Assembly: GCA_965203275.1 (NCBI GenBank)
Contig: OZ241865.1
Span: forward strand, 1,728,001-1,792,000
Length of the DNA: 64,000 bases
Direction: 5' to 3'
Source of the DNA: Bdellovibrionales bacterium
Lineage (GTDB): Bacteria > Bdellovibrionota > Bdellovibrionia > Bdellovibrionales > JAUICD01
The notes under the pieces were generated by a model, which did not search any database, was not told the origin of the DNA, and saw only the letters and a program-made list of their open reading frames with translations. Position 1 is the stretch's first letter. Each line of letters starts with the position of its first letter. A program made the position numbers and the translations under genes. Positions 1 through 10,484 of the stretch are shown one piece after another.

Positions 1-1158
1 TTAAAAGGCTTGAGAGGGCAAAGTGAAGGGGATCCTAGAAATGTCATCCGTGCTATCTTTCAGAACTCTATCAATAAGGTGCATAATGGTTATATTCTTT
101 CAGATGTGATTGAACAAATTAAAAAAATCAACTTTGATCTTGATGATGATGCTTTTACTTTGTCTCATATTTATGAAGATCTCCTTAAAAATATGGGACA
201 AGGAGGTGGAAAGTCTGGTGAATTTTACACACCTAGACCGCTTGTGAGGTTAATGGTTAAACTCCTTGATCCGTATATCAGGCAGAAGATTTATGATCCT
301 GCTTGTGGAACAGGAGGTTTTTTAGCAGAAGCCCACTTGCATTTAACTCCAACAAAAACTCCCGGTGAAAGCAAAATACTAAATTATGAAACCTTTTACG
401 GGCAAGAAAAAACGCCTCTTCCTTTTGTATTATGCCTTATGAATTTGACCCTTCACGGCATGGATTACCCACAAATTATTAAGACCAATACACTCGATCA
501 AGATATTCGAGGGATGGAAGATCATGAAAAATACGATGTTATTCTAGCTAATCCTCCTTTTGGAGGAAAAGAGCGGAAAATGATTCAAAAAAACTTCCCC
601 ATTGAATCCAGTGCAACGGAGCATCTTTTCCTTCAACATATAGAAAAGAAACTTAAAATAAATGGGAAGGCTGCTGTAGTTGTGCCAGAAGGCGTTTTAT
701 TCCAAACTTCAAAAGCTTATAAAACACTCAAAGAAAACCTTATCAAAAAATGCAATCTTCATACAGTTATTAGTTTACCTCAAGGAGTATTTCTACCATA
801 TTCAAATAACAAAACAGCAGTGATTATTTTTGATAAAACAAAGAGGACAAAGGATATTTGGTTTTATAAGGTTTCTTTAATTAATGAGAAAAAGCTTACT
901 AAGCAAAACGGTATTGCTAGTGAACACTTTAAAGAGTTATTACAGCTTTATAAAAAACGAAGTGAAAGTCAAAATAGCTGGCTGATTCCAGTGCAGAGAA
1001 TCCTTGAAAATAACACAGATCTTTCAATAGACCGCTATAATCCCAACAGCCTTGAAAAAGAAGATTTGCTTGACCCGACAGAATATGCTAAGAAAGTCAA
1101 AACCTCACTTCAAGACTCTTTAGATCACATTAATCAACTGGTTGGTCAGTTAAATTAA
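1..1158 (+). CDS. hsdM: Type I restriction-modification methyltransferase subunit M (N6-adenine), 5'-truncated by window edge
   Basis: GEFYTPR, DPACGTGGFL (SAM-binding) and LANPPF catalytic motifs; frame open from position 1. Confidence 0.95.
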   Translation, partial: LKGLRGQSEGDPRNVIRAIFQNSINKVHNGYILSDVIEQIKKINFDLDDDAFTLSHIYEDLLKNMGQGGGKSGEFYTPRPLVRLMVKLLDPYIRQKIYDPACGTGGFLAEAHLHLTPTKTPGESKILNYETFYGQEKTPLPFVLCLMNLTLHGMDYPQIIKTNTLDQDIRGMEDHEKYDVILANPPFGGKERKMIQKNFPIESSATEHLFLQHIEKKLKINGKAAVVVPEGVLFQTSKAYKTLKENLIKKCNLHTVISLPQGVFLPYSNNKTAVIIFDKTKRTKDIWFYKVSLINEKKLTKQNGIASEHFKELLQLYKKRSESQNSWLIPVQRILENNTDLSIDRYNPNSLEKEDLLDPTEYAKKVKTSLQDSLDHINQLVGQLN

Positions 1159-1198
1159 TTTTGAACAAAATATTTTAACAAAATATGAGAAACACTGT

Positions 1199-3664
1199 AT
1201 GAGCCGTAATGAATCAAAAACCCGTAAAGACTTAATAGATCCTCAACTGAAAACAGCAGGTTGGTTTCGACATGATTGGCAAATAGATCCAGAATACAAG
1301 ATCACAGCTGGTTCGATTCAATTTGATGGTCAAACAGCAAAAAGATCTAGGCCTTGTTACACAGACTATCTCCTACGTTATGCACCAAGCAAGCCCATTG
1401 CTGTGATTGAAGCCAAGGCAGAAGACAAGCATCATCTTGAAGGTGAAAATCAAGCTAAGAATTATGCGAAGAAGTTAGGGCTTCCCTTTGCTTACTGCAC
1501 AAATGGACATGAGATTGAATTTTTCAATCTTAGGTCAGGTACTCAACAAAAGATGGATCGGTTTCATACTCCGGATGAGTTATGGCAAATGTATCTTAAA
1601 GAGTCTCGTATAGCTCCTAAAAAATCTTTAGCACTGACCTATGATTATTATGATGAATCAGGGATCGGTCAAAAGCGTCAAATGCGTTATTATCAAGAAA
1701 AAGCTGTCAATAATGCTATTGAGGCTATTCTTCATGGTAACAAACGTATTCTCTTAACTATGGCTACAGGGACTGGCAAAACTTTTACAGCCATTCAGTT
1801 AGTTTATAAATTATGGAAAGCAAATATTGTCCAAAAAGTTTTATTTATAGTGGATCGTAATATTCTGGCAGATCAAGCTTTTAGAGATTTTGATAGTGCT
1901 ATGGACACTGGTGCTTGTTATAGGTTATCACCTCAGGACGATCAATTTCCATTAGGTAGAGACCTTTATTTTGGAATTTATCAAAGCCTTGTAGGGGTGG
2001 ATGATGAGGATGAGTCAAAATTCATTGGTAGACCAGATCGATTTAAAGAGTTTCCACCAGATTATTTTGATTTGATTGTGATTGATGAGGCTCATAGAGG
2101 TGCTAAAAGAAGTCAAGATGGTCAGGAGTTAAGCTCATGGTTTCGATTATTAGAGTACTTTGATTCGGCTATTCAAGTGGGTTTAACAGCGACCCCTAAG
2201 CGTGAAGAATCCAATGATACGTATGCTCATTTTGGCCAGCCTGTGGTGAGTTATTCTCTTAAAGATGGCATTCAAGATGGCTTTCTTGCTCCTTATATTA
2301 TTAAGAGGGTGACCTCTAATATTGATGCCTTAGGATATAGACCAGATAGTGGAAATATTGAGGATGTCAAGGGACAGGTGCTTGAAGTGAAGGATTATCT
2401 TACGGAGGATTTTGAAAGGCAACTGTCTATTCCTACAAGGACGAGAGCTTTTGCTTATCACTTGTTAAGGCATTTATTTGCAACAGATCCGTTAGGCAAA
2501 ACAATTGTTTTTTGTTTAAACCAAAATCATGCTTTAGACATGGCTGATTATTGCAAGGAAGCTTTTGCTTATTATAAAAGTGAGTACAATCTAAAAGACT
2601 ACAATGGTGATTATGCTGTTCGCATTACAAGCAATGATAAGGATTCTAGAGGCAAGTATCCAGAGCTTGAAAAGTTTCAAGACTTAGAATCTTATCAACC
2701 TATTATTGTAACTACTTCAAAACTACTCACAACAGGTGTGGACGTGAAGAATGTGAAAAACATTGTGATCTTCAGAAATATTAGCTCATTGGTAGAATTT
2801 AAGCAAATCATTGGCCGTGGAACGAGAATTTATGAATCAATGGATAAGGATAGACAAAAGTTAGGCTTTTTTATTTTAGAATATGCAAATTATTCTACAC
2901 AGCTTTTTAATGACCCTGAATGGGATAAAGGTCCAGAAGACTTTAAAGAAGAACAACCTATTTTAGTGGATGAGAGCAAAAAAGAATCAAACTTAAAGGG
3001 TTTGAATAAAAAGCCACCTCTTGAGATTTTTAAAGAAACCAATGAAGAAAGGCTTCAAAATATTCGTTACCGCATGAGCGAAGAGTTTTTATCAGGGCGA
3101 GTGAAGATGGTTGCTGAATCTATCTCTTTGACAGGTCCTGATGGCAAGCCTATAACCACAGAAACATTTCTTGCTTTTCAATCAAATATTATGCAAAAAC
3201 ATGCTTCAAATATCGAAAAACTAAATAAAATATGGAGAGATGTCAGTGAAAGGAAAGAATTTATAGAAAATACAGAGTTGAGATTAGATGCTTTAAAAAG
3301 TATCTTTTTTGATAAGCATAAGATTTGTCATGTAGATCTATTTGATGTTTTAGCATCTTTATTATTTAATGAGAAGTATCTTACAAAGGATGAAAGAATT
3401 GCAAAGGCTCAAAAGCTTAATCCAAAGGCTTTTGATCTTAGCTCTCAATTCAAAAATAAGATTGTAAAAGATATTTTAAAAGTGTATGCTAATACAGAAT
3501 ATAGTAGTTTAAGTTTTGAAAATGAGTTTTGGCAAACTGCTTTGATGAAAAGGCATAGAGGATTTCAAGGGATAAAAAATACTTTAGATGGACTTGCTCC
3601 AATGCAAACTTTGATAGGTAGCTTGCAAAAAGCTCTTTATGATGAAAGAATTAAGGTAGAATAA
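1199..3664 (+). CDS. hsdR: Type I restriction endonuclease subunit R (EcoAI/EcoEI-like)
   Basis: N-terminal D..IEAK nuclease motif, MATGTGKT Walker A, DEAH, TATP, QIIGRGTR helicase motifs. Confidence 0.93.
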   Translation: MSRNESKTRKDLIDPQLKTAGWFRHDWQIDPEYKITAGSIQFDGQTAKRSRPCYTDYLLRYAPSKPIAVIEAKAEDKHHLEGENQAKNYAKKLGLPFAYCTNGHEIEFFNLRSGTQQKMDRFHTPDELWQMYLKESRIAPKKSLALTYDYYDESGIGQKRQMRYYQEKAVNNAIEAILHGNKRILLTMATGTGKTFTAIQLVYKLWKANIVQKVLFIVDRNILADQAFRDFDSAMDTGACYRLSPQDDQFPLGRDLYFGIYQSLVGVDDEDESKFIGRPDRFKEFPPDYFDLIVIDEAHRGAKRSQDGQELSSWFRLLEYFDSAIQVGLTATPKREESNDTYAHFGQPVVSYSLKDGIQDGFLAPYIIKRVTSNIDALGYRPDSGNIEDVKGQVLEVKDYLTEDFERQLSIPTRTRAFAYHLLRHLFATDPLGKTIVFCLNQNHALDMADYCKEAFAYYKSEYNLKDYNGDYAVRITSNDKDSRGKYPELEKFQDLESYQPIIVTTSKLLTTGVDVKNVKNIVIFRNISSLVEFKQIIGRGTRIYESMDKDRQKLGFFILEYANYSTQLFNDPEWDKGPEDFKEEQPILVDESKKESNLKGLNKKPPLEIFKETNEERLQNIRYRMSEEFLSGRVKMVAESISLTGPDGKPITTETFLAFQSNIMQKHASNIEKLNKIWRDVSERKEFIENTELRLDALKSIFFDKHKICHVDLFDVLASLLFNEKYLTKDERIAKAQKLNPKAFDLSSQFKNKIVKDILKVYANTEYSSLSFENEFWQTALMKRHRGFQGIKNTLDGLAPMQTLIGSLQKALYDERIKVE

Positions 3665-3684
3665 AAAACGATAGGCGGTGAAAA

Positions 3685-4275
3685 ATGAAGAAAAATAAAA
3701 TAGAGATGATTCCTTTAGATTGTACTCAAAGCATTTTAGATGTAGACCCTGTCATTATTGCTTCTATGAAAGAGAGGCTTCAAAGAGCAAATCTTATCAA
3801 CAAAGATTCACCACCTGTGAAAGATCAAAAGATATTGCGACGTGAAAAGGAGAAGCTCAAGAGAGTTTTTAGGAGTTTAGAGGAGTTAAAAAAATGCTTT
3901 TCTTCTGTTAAAAATATTCAGTCCACTCAAAGAGAGATAGGGTATGAAGGGGTTGATCGTAAGCTCCTTACTGATTATGCCTATTTGAAGTCTTGTGAAA
4001 CCAATGTAGATCAAATGGATTTTTTCAGGTTCTTTTTATTTGATGCTCAATTGGTAGATAAGCAAAAGAGAGTTCGAATGTGTTATAAAAAATGTGATAT
4101 GGCTTTAATTTTCAAGCCTATTTTAGAAAATTATGAGGTAAGCCATTTTGATTTTTTAAAACTCACAACACAAGCCATATCAGAGAGCAAAGATTTGCAA
4201 GGGATGGCAGAAGATCAAACGTTGGATGTTGCATTTGATCAATTTTTAAGTGAGTTTTATAGGTTAGAGGTATGA
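3685..4275 (+). CDS. Hypothetical protein inside hsd operon
   Basis: 196-aa ORF; its stop overlaps the hsdS start (ATGA); no recognised motif. Confidence 0.7.
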   Translation: MKKNKIEMIPLDCTQSILDVDPVIIASMKERLQRANLINKDSPPVKDQKILRREKEKLKRVFRSLEELKKCFSSVKNIQSTQREIGYEGVDRKLLTDYAYLKSCETNVDQMDFFRFFLFDAQLVDKQKRVRMCYKKCDMALIFKPILENYEVSHFDFLKLTTQAISESKDLQGMAEDQTLDVAFDQFLSEFYRLEV

Positions 4276-5645
4276 ATTCTTTGAATGTTCCCAAAACCTG
4301 GGCCACCGCAAAGCTTGGCGATATTTGTAAAATTAATATGGGACAATCACCTAAAGGTTCAATAGTCAAAAATGATCTCTCTGGTATACCTTTAATTGGT
4401 GGAGCATCAAATATTAAAAATGGTATTATTTTAACGAATAAATCTACAGACTCACCAACAAAATTATGTCAGAAAGGTGATCTTATTTATTGTGTCAGGG
4501 CTACTATTGGAAATTTAAGTATTGCTGATAAAAAATATTGTCTTGGACGTGGAGTTGCTGGAATAACACCGAAGATAAATTCAATTTTTATTCTTTATTA
4601 TCTTAAAAATACAGAAAAAGAATTAACTAAAGAAGCTACAGGATCAACGTTTATTCAGATTGATAAACTAACTTTGGAAAATATCTTAATTCCATTACCG
4701 CCTTTGAAGGAGCAGAGGCGGATTGTTAAGAAAATTGAATCATGTTTTACAAAAATCAACGCCATTGAAGAAAACCTTAATCGTACTGAGGCACTGCTTA
4801 AAAAATTCCGTGAAGCTATTTTAAGTAAAGCCTTTCGTGGTCAGTTAGTACCTCAGGATTCTCAGGATGAGCCAGCTAGCATTTTACTGGAAAAGATACA
4901 TAAAGATTCAAATACAAAAAAAGAAAGGCCAAAACCTGAACTGATCTCTAAGACCAAACAACCTTTTGAAATTCCAAAAACCTGGACCACCGCAAAACTT
5001 GGCGATATCTCTAAAATTAATATGGGACAATCACCGAGAGGTTCAATAGTCAAAAATGATCTCTCTGGTATACCTTTAATTAGCGGAGCATCAAATATTA
5101 AAAATGGTATTATTTTAACGAATAAATCTACAGACTCACCAACAAAATTATGTCAGAAAGGTGATCTTATTTATTGTGTCAGGGCTACTATTGGAAATTT
5201 AAGTATTGCTGATAAAAAATATTGTCTTGGACGTGGAGTTGCTGGAATAACACCGAAGATAAATTCAATTTTTATTCTTTATTATCTTAAAAATACAGAA
5301 AAAGAATTAACTAAAGAAGCCACAGGATCAACTTTTATTCAGATTGATAAACTAACTTTGGAAAATATCTTAATTCCATTACCGCCTTTAAAGGAGCAGA
5401 GGCGGATTGTTGAAAAGATTGAATCATGCTTTGAAAAAGCAGATAGAATTTTAGCCAATATCAAAGCAAAAAAACTTCTGCTCAAGCAACTCAGAGAGTC
5501 GATTTTAAAGAAAGCATTTAAAGGACGATTAGTAGAACAGAGAAAGTCTGAAGGCACCGGCCACACCCTCCTTCACAAACTCCATAAACCCTCTCTCATA
5601 AGGAAATCACATCAAAAATCCTACAAAAATGAAAAAAATAATTGA
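4272..5645 (+). CDS. hsdS: Type I R-M specificity subunit S with two near-identical TRDs
   Basis: PKTW...GQSP...IPLPPLKEQRRIV occurs twice; ILSKAFRGQLVPQD conserved spacer. Confidence 0.95.
   Translation: MNSLNVPKTWATAKLGDICKINMGQSPKGSIVKNDLSGIPLIGGASNIKNGIILTNKSTDSPTKLCQKGDLIYCVRATIGNLSIADKKYCLGRGVAGITPKINSIFILYYLKNTEKELTKEATGSTFIQIDKLTLENILIPLPPLKEQRRIVKKIESCFTKINAIEENLNRTEALLKKFREAILSKAFRGQLVPQDSQDEPASILLEKIHKDSNTKKERPKPELISKTKQPFEIPKTWTTAKLGDISKINMGQSPRGSIVKNDLSGIPLISGASNIKNGIILTNKSTDSPTKLCQKGDLIYCVRATIGNLSIADKKYCLGRGVAGITPKINSIFILYYLKNTEKELTKEATGSTFIQIDKLTLENILIPLPPLKEQRRIVEKIESCFEKADRILANIKAKKLLLKQLRESILKKAFKGRLVEQRKSEGTGHTLLHKLHKPSLIRKSHQKSYKNEKNN
4287..5432 (+). repeat. Intragenic direct repeat of about 460 bp (4287-4748 and 4971-5432, offset 684 bp)
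   Basis: Both TRD-coding regions are almost identical at nucleotide level. Confidence 0.95.
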
Positions 5646-6385
5646 ACAGGATTGATTTTAAATTGGAGCATTTTTGCTGTTTTTCGCCCTCCATCTCCTC
5701 CTTTCCTTTGCACTGTAATCTTTCCTATTTTTAAATTTCCTCTTGGAGTTATTACTACTTCATCCTTAGAAAATAATTGCATAATGTAATGGATGGATTT
5801 TAAAACCCATTGATTTCTATCTTTGATTTTTAAGATAACCAACATCCAATCAGCAGAAAATTCCCCTTGCCCTTTTAATATATCAGAAATAATTATTTTT
5901 TTATTTTTTGAGAAAAATTTTAAAATTTTTTGTTGATCTTTTGGGTCCATTTCATTAAAAAACATTCTTCTCTTATCCTTTAATTGATGGCAACAATCCG
6001 GAGATATCTCTCCAGTAAACATTTTTAAAAGCCTTGCAATATCATCAGGAATATTCCAAATCTCTTTGTATTTATCTACCCATCTTTTATCTACTTGATT
6101 GTATCCTTTAGGATTACTCACTAATTTAATAGATAAATTTTCTATTGAGATATTTTGTTCTGTGTAAATTGTGAGCTTCACTTGAATGTCAGCCTTATAT
6201 TTATTAGACAATTTGATAGCTTTAACATTTTCTATCTCATCGATTACATAACCCATTGCCTTGAGCCATTTTTGAGCTAGCTGGTCTTTTTGCCAATTAT
6301 TAAATTTTTCCAGTACATAAATTTCATTTCTAAAACCTCGTTTAGCAGTTTGTGATCCAATTTTTTTTAGGTTAGCTTTTTTCAT
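5621..6385 (-). CDS. Type II restriction endonuclease, HinP1I-like
   Basis: GSQTAKRGFRNE, KLVSNPKGYNQVDKRW and QRKGGDGGRKTAKMLQFKINP segments resemble R.HinP1I as recalled; adjacent to a C5 MTase. Confidence 0.85.
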   Translation of the reverse strand: MKKANLKKIGSQTAKRGFRNEIYVLEKFNNWQKDQLAQKWLKAMGYVIDEIENVKAIKLSNKYKADIQVKLTIYTEQNISIENLSIKLVSNPKGYNQVDKRWVDKYKEIWNIPDDIARLLKMFTGEISPDCCHQLKDKRRMFFNEMDPKDQQKILKFFSKNKKIIISDILKGQGEFSADWMLVILKIKDRNQWVLKSIHYIMQLFSKDEVVITPRGNLKIGKITVQRKGGDGGRKTAKMLQFKINPVQLFFSFL

Positions 6386-6397
6386 ATTTCATAATTT

Positions 6398-7462
6398 TTA
6401 TAATATCAAAGGTTGTTCTTGTTTTATAGATAATGACCTTTTGGGTAAAGTAGAGATTTGTTGATTGTTGTGAATGAAGTCAAGAAGAGCCTGGCTACAA
6501 GCCTTCGCTACATTGACTGTCATGGCATTGCCTGCTTGACTTAAAATTTGATTTTCCGGCACTCTACCTTTGACCTTGCAAGCTATATCTTGAGGAAATC
6601 CTTGCAAAAGTAAAGCTTCATATCCTGTCAGCCTTCTTAATTGACCTTCTCTTACATAAAGTAATCCATGTCGTCCTGTCCTTAAAGTAGGAACTGCCTC
6701 TCTATATAAACGCAAATCTGATTGACGAGTATCAATGATTAAAAATTCTTCTGACATAAGTCGCTTAATAGAAATACATCCTTTATTATATTTATTCTGT
6801 AAATAATTTAAAAAAGTTTGATAAGATTTCAAGCAGTTCTTAAATGCTATGTTGTCTTGGTCAATAAGATATTTTCTTATATTATTCATCTTTGTTTTTT
6901 GAGGATATTGACTAAAATAATCATAAAAAGAGCGATAAGAATATTTTAAGTCATCCTTAATACCTATAAAATAAATTCTCTGTCTTTTATGAGGTAAGCC
7001 ATAATGGGAGCTATCCATCAGCTTAGCAATAATTTGATAACCTGCTACTTTCAAAAGATTAAATATAGTTTTAAATGTTTGCCCTTGTTGATGATTGAGT
7101 AATCCCTTGACATTTTCTAAAATAAAATATTTTATTTGTTTTGCTTTTAAAATTTCAATCAAGCCAAAAATAATTTGCCCTTTAGGATCTTTAAAGCCTG
7201 ATCTTTGCCCTACAATAGAAAAAGTTTGACAAGGAAATCCTGATAACATGAGGTCAAAATTGGGTATAGCAGAAGGATTGATGTGCATTAAATCTCCATA
7301 ATTTGTCTCTGTATAATCAGAAGTATGATTAAAAAAATGCTTATATGTTTTTTCTGCTTTGGGATCAATTTCTGAAAAGCCGACACACTTCATCCCTAGG
7401 CTTTCTAATGCCAATCGCCCTCCACCAATGCCAGAACAAAAATCAATAAAACTTAATCTCAT
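6398..7462 (-). CDS. DNA (cytosine-5) methyltransferase
   Basis: FCSGIGG (motif I), GFPCQ (IV), ENV (VI), RQRIYF (VIII), QAGNAM (X). Confidence 0.95.
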   Translation of the reverse strand: MRLSFIDFCSGIGGGRLALESLGMKCVGFSEIDPKAEKTYKHFFNHTSDYTETNYGDLMHINPSAIPNFDLMLSGFPCQTFSIVGQRSGFKDPKGQIIFGLIEILKAKQIKYFILENVKGLLNHQQGQTFKTIFNLLKVAGYQIIAKLMDSSHYGLPHKRQRIYFIGIKDDLKYSYRSFYDYFSQYPQKTKMNNIRKYLIDQDNIAFKNCLKSYQTFLNYLQNKYNKGCISIKRLMSEEFLIIDTRQSDLRLYREAVPTLRTGRHGLLYVREGQLRRLTGYEALLLQGFPQDIACKVKGRVPENQILSQAGNAMTVNVAKACSQALLDFIHNNQQISTLPKRSLSIKQEQPLIL

Positions 7463-7761
7463 AAATCCTTCTTTGTGTTGACTTTGATAAGCCTTTTCTT
7501 CGCATAGGTCTACTAAAGTCTACTAAGGTCATCTTCATCTTGAGCTTTGTTGTTAAAAAAATCAATCAGCTTGCGTTGCAAAGGTAAAAAATAAAAGACA
7601 ACCATTGTTTTCACAAATGAACTTATTTACAACAATACAAAATATAGAATCAAAATGTGCTGTTCTTTGTGAAAAACATCAATCAAAATCTATTCAACAA
7701 CCCACCATCTACCCACCGTTTTAATACTAACGGATTAACTCTGTATTCAAACTCAGGCCCA

Positions 7762-8703
7762 TTATCTTAATATTTTAAGAGCTTCTTCTACTTTTATAGT
7801 TATTTGAGAGTTATTCCATAAAAACATTTCATCTAACACATGGGTTTCTGCAATCTTTCTGGCTACATGTAAGCCTAAACAATAAGCACGTATAGGAATA
7901 GGATCATTATTTTGATCTACCGGAGGGAAAAACCATTCAGAGTAAAGATAAAGATGAGGTGCATCATAAAATATATGTAAAAAATCATGAGCCATAAGAG
8001 CTACATTTTCTTGATGACAAGCAATATGTGTCTCTGGATTAATTAAAAGTTGCTGATCAGTTTTTTCTTGAGAGCTTAAAAGCCCTGTTATATAAGTGGC
8101 AAATCCTTCTGACCATAACATAGTGGCCATATTAGAAGTTTGATAGCCGTCTATGGAATCTCTATGCAAAGAAGAATGATAAACATGAAATAACTCATGC
8201 AATAAAATAAGCTTCAATTTTTGTAAAGCCATTTCTGGAGTTACATTCCAAACAATACGATCCACACCAATAAATAAATAAGGCTTTCTTTCTGTCTCAT
8301 CAAAGTCAATCTTTCCCTGAAAAGTTGATAAGGGCATAAAAACAAAAATTATATCTTCCGGTAAATTTGGGAAATATTGTTCAAATATTGCTTTTTGTTC
8401 TAATGCTAAAGATTCAATATGATCAAAAACAATAAGCATTGTTTCTTTAATTTCAGGAAGTGAATGAAAGAAAGCTTCTGTAAGTTTTCTTTTTGAATAA
8501 TCTCTATAGATTATACTATCATAAATATCTTGATATTTTGTTTCAAACTCTTGCCAATGCCTTTCTATCTCTGATTTTTCAGATGTGTTCTGAATGTTCA
8601 AAAGAAAAATCTCAAAATCTTTACCCATATTGATGATTTCTAATCCATAAACTGGAGTTGAAATTTGAATTATGAATAAACAAATAAATAAAAAAAGCTT
8701 CAT
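7762..8703 (-). CDS. Secreted putative Zn-dependent protease (DUF2268-like)
   Basis: Signal peptide; HELFH plus downstream EGFA gluzincin-type motif; AAGGAGG RBS. Confidence 0.7.
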   Translation of the reverse strand: MKLFLFICLFIIQISTPVYGLEIINMGKDFEIFLLNIQNTSEKSEIERHWQEFETKYQDIYDSIIYRDYSKRKLTEAFFHSLPEIKETMLIVFDHIESLALEQKAIFEQYFPNLPEDIIFVFMPLSTFQGKIDFDETERKPYLFIGVDRIVWNVTPEMALQKLKLILLHELFHVYHSSLHRDSIDGYQTSNMATMLWSEGFATYITGLLSSQEKTDQQLLINPETHIACHQENVALMAHDFLHIFYDAPHLYLYSEWFFPPVDQNNDPIPIRAYCLGLHVARKIAETHVLDEMFLWNNSQITIKVEEALKILR

Positions 8704-8903
8704 ATTTATACCTCCTTAAAATGATTGATTGAAATATTCTCATAATATATATCGATAGCTTTATTAGCAATGACTTTTTATGGGCGTTATTTTAGGTTAT
8801 TCTTTTGTTTTTACAACATTGAATTTAAGAGATTGCACATATATTTATATTATTATAATATCCTAATATTAGAGTATTATAATATTCTTCTAAGGAGGAA
8901 AAT

Positions 8904-9218
8904 ATGTTCATAGTTTTTGTATTTTTATTTTTAGTAGTCCCTGCACCAGTTGTGCTAAAGGCTGATGAAAGACCGCATCTTAAAAATGAAAGCCTTTTTA
9001 GACACTTAGGTAGGAAGGTTAAAAACTTTGGTCAGAAGAATTACGACAGAATAGAAAGACGTGATAGGCAACGTGAAGCATTTCATGTCTGTAGGACTAC
9101 GTGTAGGGATTTGCATAGTTACCACGAGAAGCCTAACCTTAAACCTGTAGAAAAACGCAGGTACTATAGGTATCGCAACAGGGCTATGAATAAATGCATG
9201 AGGAGTTGCTGGATGTAA
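8904..9218 (+). CDS. Small secreted hypothetical protein (basic, two Cys-x3-Cys pairs)
   Basis: AAGGAGG RBS, hydrophobic N-terminus. Confidence 0.65.
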   Translation: MFIVFVFLFLVVPAPVVLKADERPHLKNESLFRHLGRKVKNFGQKNYDRIERRDRQREAFHVCRTTCRDLHSYHEKPNLKPVEKRRYYRYRNRAMNKCMRSCWM

Positions 9219-9313
9219 AAATAACTGCACATATATTTTATATTGTTATAATATTCTGTTTCAATAGGAAGAGTTTTAAGCTTTACAGTATCAAAATAGC
9301 AAGGATGTGATAT

Positions 9314-10291
9314 ATGAAATTAGGTACATTAAAAACCAAAACAAACGATGGTCATCTTGTGGTTATTTCTCAAGATAACAAAAGGGCCATTAAAGTGCCA
9401 AAGATTGCACCCTACCTGCAAAAAGCCCTTGACCACTGGCAAGAAGCTTATCCCCAGTTAGAAGAAACATATCAAGCCTTAAATGCAGGTCCTATAGAAG
9501 GGGAGTTTGATGTAGACGAAAATCAATTTCATTCGCCCTTGCCAAGAGCCTATCAGTGGATAGATGGCTCTGCCTTTATTGAACATATTAAATTAGTCAG
9601 AAAAGCCAGAGGTGCCGATTTACCAGATACCCTCACAAAGATCCCTCTTTTATATCAAGGTGGCAGTGATACTTTTTTAGACCCTCGACAAGATATTACT
9701 TTATTGGATGAAGCCCATGGAATGGACTTTGAAAGCGAAGTAGCTGTGATCACAGATTTTGTCCCTATAGGTGTCAGTTCTGCTGACGCTCTCAATCATA
9801 TTAAACTGTTTATGTTGTGCAATGATGTGTCTCTGCGAGGATTGATTCCACAAGAGCTATCTATGGGGTTTGGTTTTTTTGTCAGTAAACCTTCTTCAGC
9901 TTTTTCTCCTTTTGCAATTACTCCTGATGAGTTAGATGGAGCTTGGAAAGAAGGCCGTGTGCATTTACCTTTAAAAACAACATTTAATGGTCAACCCTTT
10001 GGTCATCCTTCTGGTGATGAAATGTTCTTTCATTTTGGAGAGCTGATCTCTCGAGCTACTACAACTCGTAATTTAAGGGCAGGTACTATTGTAGGCAGTG
10101 GGACCTTTTCAAATAAGGATCCTCAAAAAGGAAGTAGCTGTCTAGCAGAAAAGAGAATGAGAGAGAAAATTCAAACAGGTCAAATCAAAACAGCCTTTAT
10201 GAAGGAAGGTGATACTTTACAGATAGAAATGCATGGGGTTCATGGCCAAAATCTTTTCGGCACTATTTTACAAACAGTTAAAAAAGGTTGA
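9314..10291 (+). CDS. Fumarylacetoacetate hydrolase family protein
   Basis: DFESEVAV, CNDVSLR, SKPSSAFSP and GTIVGSGT motifs. Confidence 0.92.
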   Translation: MKLGTLKTKTNDGHLVVISQDNKRAIKVPKIAPYLQKALDHWQEAYPQLEETYQALNAGPIEGEFDVDENQFHSPLPRAYQWIDGSAFIEHIKLVRKARGADLPDTLTKIPLLYQGGSDTFLDPRQDITLLDEAHGMDFESEVAVITDFVPIGVSSADALNHIKLFMLCNDVSLRGLIPQELSMGFGFFVSKPSSAFSPFAITPDELDGAWKEGRVHLPLKTTFNGQPFGHPSGDEMFFHFGELISRATTTRNLRAGTIVGSGTFSNKDPQKGSSCLAEKRMREKIQTGQIKTAFMKEGDTLQIEMHGVHGQNLFGTILQTVKKG

Positions 10292-10484
10292 AAGTTTCTA
10301 TTTTAAAGATTTAGAGCTATGTCTCATGTTTCAATTTCAAATGTTTCAAAATGAGATAATAACGGATATAAAAAAGAAGGGCCAAAAACCATACATGAAC
10401 AAAACATTTTCAAAAATACCATTTTCATAGCCATAAACTAACTGATTATTTATGTTTTTTACAAAAGCTGTATTAAAGGCTGTA

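Noticed and set aside
4163..5566. Antisense ORFs within hsdS, and similar shadow ORFs in other genes (e.g. 24564, 30839, 39270, 48280, 62569-63638)
   Set aside because: They overlap well-supported genes and have no motifs.
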